Source of the DNA: Candidatus Kapaibacterium sp.
GTDB lineage: Bacteria; Bacteroidota; Ignavibacteria; Kapaibacteriales; UBA2268
Reading direction: 5' to 3'
Assembly (NCBI GenBank): GCA_028691175.1
Contig: JAQUZU010000005.1
Location: 1 to 32,509, forward strand
DNA length: 32,509 nt
Every line of letters starts with the position of its first letter. Position 1 is the stretch's first letter. Made by a program: the position numbers and the translations under genes. The notes beneath the pieces are model-generated. The model had not been told where the DNA came from. It worked only from the letters and a program-made list of their open reading frames with translations, and made no database searches. This document shows, piece by piece, positions 19,275-24,627 of this stretch.

Positions 19275-19688
19275 ATGAAAAAATTGAGAATTGCCGTTGA
19301 TGGCAAACAATACGATGTGGAAGTCGAAATCTTGGAAGATGACGAAAATAACGTTCTTCCATCTTATTACAACCAAACTGCTCCGGTTAATGTAGCACCA
19401 CGTGCTGCTGCTCCGGCTGCTGCTGCCGCAGCTGCCGCTCCGCGTGCAAAGAAGACTCCGACTAAAGCTGCAGGCGAGAACGAATTAACTTCACCTATCA
19501 ACGGTGTAGTTCTCGAAATCCCGACCAAAGCTGGTCAGACAGTTGCTGAAGGCGAAGTTGTAATCGTACTTGAAGCTATGAAAATGAAAACTAATATTTC
19601 TTCTCCAAAAGCAGGCGAAATTGCATCTATAAATGTAAGCCTCGGTGACCGCGTAGAAGCAGGTCAGAGCCTCGTTACATTTAAATAA
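19275..19688 (+). CDS. mmdC: methylmalonyl-CoA decarboxylase gamma subunit (biotin carboxyl carrier protein)
   Basis: 137 aa. Ala/Pro-rich linker (APRAAAPAAAAAAAAPRAKK) and the biotinyl-lysine motif LEAMKMKT. Confidence 0.92.
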   Translation: MKKLRIAVDGKQYDVEVEILEDDENNVLPSYYNQTAPVNVAPRAAAPAAAAAAAAPRAKKTPTKAAGENELTSPINGVVLEIPTKAGQTVAEGEVVIVLEAMKMKTNISSPKAGEIASINVSLGDRVEAGQSLVTFK

Positions 19689-19699
19689 GGATACATAAA

Positions 19700-20830
19700 A
19701 TGTTAGAAGCTTTTGAACGATTTGTCGGCAGTATGGGCTTCCAAGCCCTCACTGCCGGTAACGTGCTAATGATGTTAATCGCCGGAGTATTGATCTGGTT
19801 GGCAATTAAAAAAGGTTTTGAACCACTGCTGCTTTTGCCGATTGGCTTAGGCGCTTTGCTGACAAATATTCCGCTTAACGGACTGCTTAACGAGCCGACT
19901 GCCGAAGCAATAGGCGGCTTATACTATTACATTTCGCAGGGTATTCATCTCGAAATCTTTCCGCCTTTGATCTTTTTGGGCATTGGCGCGATGACGGATT
20001 TCGGTCCGCTGCTGGCTAATCCGAAAACCTTCTTATTAGGTGCCGGTGCGCAATTCGGTGTATTCTCGGCTCTTTTTCTTGCGATTATGCTGGGTTTCTC
20101 TCCGCGAGAAGCCGCTTCCATCGGTATTATCGGTGGTGCTGACGGCCCGACTGCGATATTCCTGACTTTGAAACTTGCTCCGCATTTACTTGGTCCAATC
20201 GCTGTGGCTGCATATTCATATATGGCATTGATTCCTATGATTCAGCCGCCGATTATGAAATTGATGACCACAAAGAAAGAACGCGAAGTAGTGATGACTA
20301 CTTCTAAACCTGTTAGCAAGAATGTCCGCATAATCTTCCCGATTATCGTTATGGTGTTCTCGCTATTGGTAGTACCTGCTTCTGCAGCCTTAATCGGTAT
20401 GCTTATGGCCGGTAACTTACTTAAAGAATCGGGCGTTGTGGAGAGACTTTCAAACATGGCTCAAAACGAATTGATGAATATCGTTACTTTCTTCTTGGGT
20501 ACAAGCGTTGGTATGACAATGAGCGCCGACTCTTTCCTTTCGATTGCTACATTGAAGATTATCGTGCTTGGCGTACTTGCTTTCGGATTTTCAACTTTCG
20601 GTGGTCTGGTACTTGGTAAAATTCTTTATAAAGTAACCGGCGGAAAAGTTAATCCGCTTATCGGTGCGGCAGGTGTATCTGCAGTTCCGATGGCAGCTCG
20701 CGTGGCTCATAACGAAGGACAGAAATACAATCATAATAATTACTTGCTTATGCACGCAATGGGCCCGAACGTCGCAGGCGTAATCGGCTCGGCTGTTGCT
20801 GCAGGTATTCTGCTATCGTTCTTCCAATAA
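19700..20830 (+). CDS. mmdB: Na+-translocating decarboxylase beta subunit (OadB/GcdB/MmdB family)
   Basis: 376 aa polytopic membrane protein. FEPLLLLPIGLGALLTNIP, GIGAMTDFGPLLANP and GGADGPTAIF blocks are typical of the family. Confidence 0.93.
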   Translation: MLEAFERFVGSMGFQALTAGNVLMMLIAGVLIWLAIKKGFEPLLLLPIGLGALLTNIPLNGLLNEPTAEAIGGLYYYISQGIHLEIFPPLIFLGIGAMTDFGPLLANPKTFLLGAGAQFGVFSALFLAIMLGFSPREAASIGIIGGADGPTAIFLTLKLAPHLLGPIAVAAYSYMALIPMIQPPIMKLMTTKKEREVVMTTSKPVSKNVRIIFPIIVMVFSLLVVPASAALIGMLMAGNLLKESGVVERLSNMAQNELMNIVTFFLGTSVGMTMSADSFLSIATLKIIVLGVLAFGFSTFGGLVLGKILYKVTGGKVNPLIGAAGVSAVPMAARVAHNEGQKYNHNNYLLMHAMGPNVAGVIGSAVAAGILLSFFQ

Positions 20831-20854
20831 GAAGTAACGACAGCTAATTTTAAA

Positions 20855-20885
20855 GCCGAATCTCATCAGCAGGTTCGGCTTTTTT
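20855..20885 (+). terminator. intrinsic terminator after the mmd operon
   Basis: AGCCGAA (20855-20861) pairs with TTCGGCT (20875-20881). T-run to 20885. Confidence 0.8.
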
Positions 20886-20944
20886 GTATATAAAGTGAAA
20901 AAACGCAGTAATAATGAAAAAAAACTAAAATATTTTCGAAAAAA

Positions 20945-20976
20945 GTTGCAAACGATTTTTTTTTTTTTTAAATTTG
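20945..20976 (+). promoter_or_regulatory. candidate promoter (GTTG-N20-TAAATTTG) whose spacer is mostly a T14 homopolymer
   Basis: TTG at 20946-20948, TAAATTTG at 20969-20976, T14 tract at 20956-20969. Lies upstream of the T9SS-sorted protein gene at 21194. Confidence 0.3.
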
Positions 20977-21193
20977 TAAACAACGACAACGACATAATGC
21001 GTTGTATTTTTATTAATTTATTTTGGAGGTTTCTAATGATACAGTCGTTAGAAAAGAATAGGGAGAAATTTGAGAACCCTGAGTTCTACAAAACATAGTT
21101 CTCAGCTGAAATAACAATTAATGGATACAGCGGAAAATTAGCTGGCGGTAAATATAATTCCGAATTAATAATATTTTACAAGGAGAGTAAATA

Positions 21194-22147
21194 ATGAAAA
21201 ATTTCAATATGATTTTTAGTTCCATAGTGTTTTTATCTATATCTTCTATGGTATGTTTTGCAAAAGCAGAAACAAAGACAATTAATACTGAGTTGGGGGA
21301 ATGTACCCATAAGATGGAGTTAATCGACGGCGACGGCGACGGCAAGTATGATTTAATAAAAAATTATTTCATTGGTGGCGACGGTGTGTGTTATAAACAT
21401 ACAGAAGGCCCAATAAAAAAACCGGAAACAAAGACAATTAATACTAAGTTGGGGGAATATACCCATAAGATGGAGCTAATCGACCGCGACGGCGACGGCA
21501 AATATGATTTAATAAAAAATTATTTCATTGGTGGCGACGGTGTGTGTTATAAACATACAGAAGGCCCAATAAAAGAAATAGCTGTACCTAAAAATCCTTC
21601 GTTTGAACATAACGCACAAAGATTCTGTAGCGATATTGAAAATATGGTTTTCTATGCTAAAGATTATACTCACTTAGATCTGCAGGATACAGCAAGCCAT
21701 ATTTCTCCAAATATGGAAGTAGTATTATATACTAATCCGGAATGCGACGGTACATGGTTTGCAACAATCACATCCAATGCTCTCGGAGAGTATAAGATCG
21801 AAAAATATGCCGTTTTTGAGATGACCGACACACAATTCTTACAATTATTCTTAACTCCATACGGCATTTCTGCCGAGGGACATACTCCGGAAGATTTTAT
21901 AATTACTTGTCCCGATATTATTACCGGCGAAACAATTGATTTGACGCTCGGAACTCTCGCTGCTCAGATATACAATAAATTTGAATTATTCAATTCAGAG
22001 GGTTTGCTTATTTCAACAATAATTAATGATTCAAAACTTAAATTTTTATCATTCTCCACATCCGGTCTGCCGAACGGAACATATATTATCCGTAATACCT
22101 CTACTCTGAACGAAACTGATACAAAGACTATTCTCCTAAATAAATAG
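21194..22147 (+). CDS. secreted T9SS-sorted protein with duplicated DGDGDG-containing module
   Basis: 317 aa. Strong SD (AAGGAGAG). Signal peptide MKNFNMIFSSIVFLSISSMVCFA. Two 52-aa tandem repeats. The C-terminus ELFNSEGLLISTI...LPNGTYIIRN...KTILLNK resembles a T9SS type-A sorting domain. Confidence 0.8.
   Translation: MKNFNMIFSSIVFLSISSMVCFAKAETKTINTELGECTHKMELIDGDGDGKYDLIKNYFIGGDGVCYKHTEGPIKKPETKTINTKLGEYTHKMELIDRDGDGKYDLIKNYFIGGDGVCYKHTEGPIKEIAVPKNPSFEHNAQRFCSDIENMVFYAKDYTHLDLQDTASHISPNMEVVLYTNPECDGTWFATITSNALGEYKIEKYAVFEMTDTQFLQLFLTPYGISAEGHTPEDFIITCPDIITGETIDLTLGTLAAQIYNKFELFNSEGLLISTIINDSKLKFLSFSTSGLPNGTYIIRNTSTLNETDTKTILLNK
21269..21580 (+). repeat. in-frame 156-bp tandem duplication (2 copies; 5 substitutions over ~150 aligned nt)
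   Basis: Copy 1 is 21269-21424, copy 2 is 21425-21580. Hand alignment shows g>a, g>a, t>c, g>c and g>a differences, then divergence in the last ~6 nt. Confidence 0.95.
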
Positions 22148-22165
22148 TCCTGAAAATATAATTTA

Positions 22166-22201
22166 TAGAGCCGTACCTCGCTTGTGGGTTCGGCTCTTTT
22201 T
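22166..22201 (+). terminator. intrinsic terminator
   Basis: AGAGCCG (22166-22172) pairs with CGGCTCT (22190-22196). T-run at 22196-22201. Confidence 0.8.
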
Positions 22202-22226
22202 GTATTATATATTGTTTTTTTCAATT

Positions 22227-22258
22227 TTTGTTATTTCGATAAATTCTTCGTAATTTTG
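22227..22258 (+). promoter_or_regulatory. candidate Bacteroidota-type promoter (TTTG-N20-TAATTTTG)
   Basis: TTTG at 22227-22230, 20-nt spacer, TAATTTTG at 22251-22258, 35 nt upstream of the ATG at 22293. Motif match only. Confidence 0.35.
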
Positions 22259-22292
22259 TATCATATATTCTAACAACAACTTAGGCATTAAT

Positions 22293-23231
22293 ATGGCAAG
22301 AGTACTCATTACGGGCGGAGCAGGATTTCTCGGCTCGCATTTGTGCGAAAAATTCCTCGCAGCAGGCGACGAAGTCATCTGCATGGATAATTTCCTGACC
22401 GGCTCTCCCGATAACGTCGCACACCTTATCGGCAATCCGAATTTTACTTTTATAGAACATGACGTAACAAATTATATATATATATCCGGCGATTTGGACT
22501 ATATTTTGCACTTTGCATCGCCGGCTTCGCCATTTGATTATCTCAAATATCCGATTCAGACACTAAAAGTAGGCTCGATCGGCACGATGCATTGCCTCGG
22601 TCTTGCAAAAGAAAAACATGCCCGCTTCCTTCTTGCTTCAACGAGTGAAGTCTATGGCGATCCGCTTGTACATCCGCAAACCGAAGAATACTGGGGAAAC
22701 GTTAATCCGGTCGGCATTCGTGGCGTATATGACGAAGCGAAACGCTTTGCCGAAGCAATGACAATGGCATATCAGCGCTATCATGGCGTGGAGACGCGCA
22801 TAGTCAGAATTTTCAACACATACGGTCCGCGCATGCGCATCAACGACGGCAGAGCGATTCCGGCATTTATTTCGCAAGCTCTTGATAATGAAGACGTTAC
22901 GGTCTTCGGCGACGGCATGCAGACTCGCTCGGTTTGCTACGTATCGGACTTAGTCGAAGGCATTCGCCGTCTGCTTCTTTCGGACGAACTCGAACCGACA
23001 AATATCGGCAATCCGGACGAACTCACCATGCTCGACCTCGCGAAGGAAATAATCGAATTAACCGGCTCGAAGAGCAAGATTATTTTCAAAGACCTGCCAC
23101 AGGACGACCCGAAAGTTCGCAAGCCGAACACCGCAAAAGCAATTCGCACACTCAATTGGCATGCCGTGGTAAATCGCCACGAAGGCTTGGAAAAAACAAT
23201 CGCGGACTTCCGCAAACGTTTAGGCAAATAA
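22293..23231 (+). CDS. UDP-glucuronate decarboxylase (UDP-xylose synthase), extended SDR family
   Basis: 312 aa. [50 protein letters not shown] and YDEAKR (YxxxK) match UXS-type NAD-dependent decarboxylases. Confidence 0.9.
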   Translation: MARVLITGGAGFLGSHLCEKFLAAGDEVICMDNFLTGSPDNVAHLIGNPNFTFIEHDVTNYIYISGDLDYILHFASPASPFDYLKYPIQTLKVGSIGTMHCLGLAKEKHARFLLASTSEVYGDPLVHPQTEEYWGNVNPVGIRGVYDEAKRFAEAMTMAYQRYHGVETRIVRIFNTYGPRMRINDGRAIPAFISQALDNEDVTVFGDGMQTRSVCYVSDLVEGIRRLLLSDELEPTNIGNPDELTMLDLAKEIIELTGSKSKIIFKDLPQDDPKVRKPNTAKAIRTLNWHAVVNRHEGLEKTIADFRKRLGK

Positions 23232-23275
23232 AGTAGCCGGCGTGCCGCAATGTAGCGGACGACGCAACTTATAAA

Positions 23276-23301
23276 GGGCGGATTTTTCCGCCCATTTTTT
23301 T
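23276..23301 (+). terminator. intrinsic terminator
   Basis: GGGCGGA (23276-23282) pairs with TCCGCCC (23287-23293), then A plus T7 (23295-23301). Confidence 0.85.
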
Positions 23302-23317
23302 ATAAATTTATATTTTT

Positions 23318-24523
23318 ATGGATATCGAACACCTTGGTCAAGTATTTACCCCGGCGGAAATCGTCGGGCAAATGCTTGCTCTGCGACGAAACTTCGGACG
23401 CGTGCTTGAACCTTCGTGTGGTGCCGGAGCATTTTATAAAGTTATTTGGGACTGCGTTGCAATCGAACTTGACCCGCTTGTTTGCCCGCCGGGAGCAAAT
23501 TGTACAGACTTTTTCGATTATCCGACAGAAGAGAAATTCGACACAATTATCGGCAATCCGCCATACGTTCGATATCAAGACATTGCACCGGCGACAAAAA
23601 AAATAATCGAAAGCAAGAGTGCAAATTTCAACGTTTCCGCGGTGGACTTCGACCGGCGCTCGAATCTGTATCTCTTCTTCATCGCAAAATGTATCGAACA
23701 CCTTACGCCGCACGGCGAACTGATTTTCATTACGCCACGCGAATTTCTGAAAGCAACCTCAGCCCGCAAGTTAAACGAATTTATCTATGATAGCGGAACA
23801 ATTACCGACTTAATCGACCTCGCTGACCAACGTGTTTTCGACGGTGCCACGCCGGACTGCATTATATTTCGCTTTGAAAAGGGAAATTTCACGCGAAAAA
23901 CGGCTGTCGCAACCGGTACGCTTCGGCAGGCTGACCGCCGGCTAAATGAACTTCGCATCGGAAAATTTTCTACTAAATTTTTTTCGATTTCGAACGGACA
24001 ATTACTTTTTACGTCGGACGAATATCAGGCTAAATTCTCTGATTTGTTTTATGTAAAAGTCGGCGGAGTAAGCGGAATGGACAGTGTATTTGCCTCAGAC
24101 GAATTCGGCACGCACGATTTTGTCTGCTCTGAAACTCGGCAAACCGGCGCAACCCGGCGTATGATTTACAACTCAAAATGCAACTATCTCGAGCAACACA
24201 AATCGGAACTTCTCGCTCGGCGGATCCGGCACTTTGACGAAAGCAATTGGTGGATGTGGGGACGCAACTGCTATGTTTCGTCTGCCCCGCGCATCTACGT
24301 CAATATGAAAACTCGCGTAGAAAATCCGTTTTTTCTGCATTCCTGCAACTATTTCGACGGCTCTATTCTTGGGATTTTTCCGCACGACATAAGTGCAGAC
24401 CTTAATAAACTGTGCGAAAAGCTAAATTCAATCGACTGGGCGGAACTCGGTTTCCGTGCCGGCGGCAGGTTCCTTTTCAGCCAAAGAGCGCTTGAAAATA
24501 CCAAAATAATGATTATCGATTAA
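23318..24523 (+). CDS. solitary N6-adenine DNA methyltransferase, gamma class (M.TaqI/Eco57I-like)
   Basis: 401 aa. Motif X QVFTPAEIV, motif I VLEPSCGAGAF, motif IV IIGNPPYVRY in that order, followed by a ~300-aa C-terminal region (presumed target-recognition domain). Confidence 0.88.
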   Translation: MDIEHLGQVFTPAEIVGQMLALRRNFGRVLEPSCGAGAFYKVIWDCVAIELDPLVCPPGANCTDFFDYPTEEKFDTIIGNPPYVRYQDIAPATKKIIESKSANFNVSAVDFDRRSNLYLFFIAKCIEHLTPHGELIFITPREFLKATSARKLNEFIYDSGTITDLIDLADQRVFDGATPDCIIFRFEKGNFTRKTAVATGTLRQADRRLNELRIGKFSTKFFSISNGQLLFTSDEYQAKFSDLFYVKVGGVSGMDSVFASDEFGTHDFVCSETRQTGATRRMIYNSKCNYLEQHKSELLARRIRHFDESNWWMWGRNCYVSSAPRIYVNMKTRVENPFFLHSCNYFDGSILGIFPHDISADLNKLCEKLNSIDWAELGFRAGGRFLFSQRALENTKIMIID

Positions 24524-24567
24524 CGAAATTATATCTAATTCGCTGCGGCGTCATCTCCCCCAAATAA

Positions 24568-24606
24568 TAAAAAAACCGTGAGCCTCTTGCGAGGCCCACG
24601 GATTTT
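24568..24606. terminator. bidirectional intrinsic terminator between the convergent MTase and giant-protein genes
   Basis: CCGTGAGCCTC (24576-24586) pairs with GAGGCCCACGG (24591-24601) with one mismatch. A8 upstream gives the U-tract for the minus strand; ATTTT follows on the plus strand. Confidence 0.8.
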
Positions 24607-24627
24607 AGAGTATAGCCGCATTGCGAC

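Noticed and set aside
19393-19440. A GCT/GCC/GCA-rich reiterated stretch, considered as a simple-sequence repeat.
   Set aside because: It encodes the Ala/Pro-rich flexible linker (AAPAAAAAAAAP) typical of biotin carboxyl carrier proteins. It is an in-frame, imperfect functional linker, not a repeat element.
20895-21098. A 67-aa ORF (GTG start) in the AT-rich spacer downstream of mmdB.
   Set aside because: The sequence is low-complexity and Lys/Phe/Asn-rich, translated across a T14 tract and a promoter-like motif. Only its last 20 codons, which have their own SD and ATG, are kept as a speculative uORF finding.
21326-21343. A (GACGGC)x3 hexanucleotide repeat (also GACCGC-GACGGC-GACGGC at 21482-21499), considered as a contingency locus.
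   Set aside because: There are only three units and the unit length is a multiple of three, so slippage would not shift the frame. It simply encodes the DGDGDG loop. The T14 tract is the more plausible switch.
5018-23301. Several terminators share an AAAGGGCG(G)A..(T)CGCCCTTTTTT design (5018, 11754, 16881, 23276, and similar at 15572), considered as a dispersed REP/MITE-like repeat family.
   Set aside because: The similarity is limited to the short GC-rich stem and T-tract required of any intrinsic terminator. Loops and flanks differ, and each sits exactly at a gene end. They are ordinary terminators.
23300-23713. A 137-aa minus-strand ORF overlapping the 5' end of the methyltransferase gene, considered as a possible hidden restriction endonuclease or controller protein.
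   Set aside because: It is completely antisense to the conserved motif X/I/IV region of the MTase. It has no nuclease (PD-(D/E)xK, HNH) or HTH motif and no SD or promoter. Most likely an artefact.
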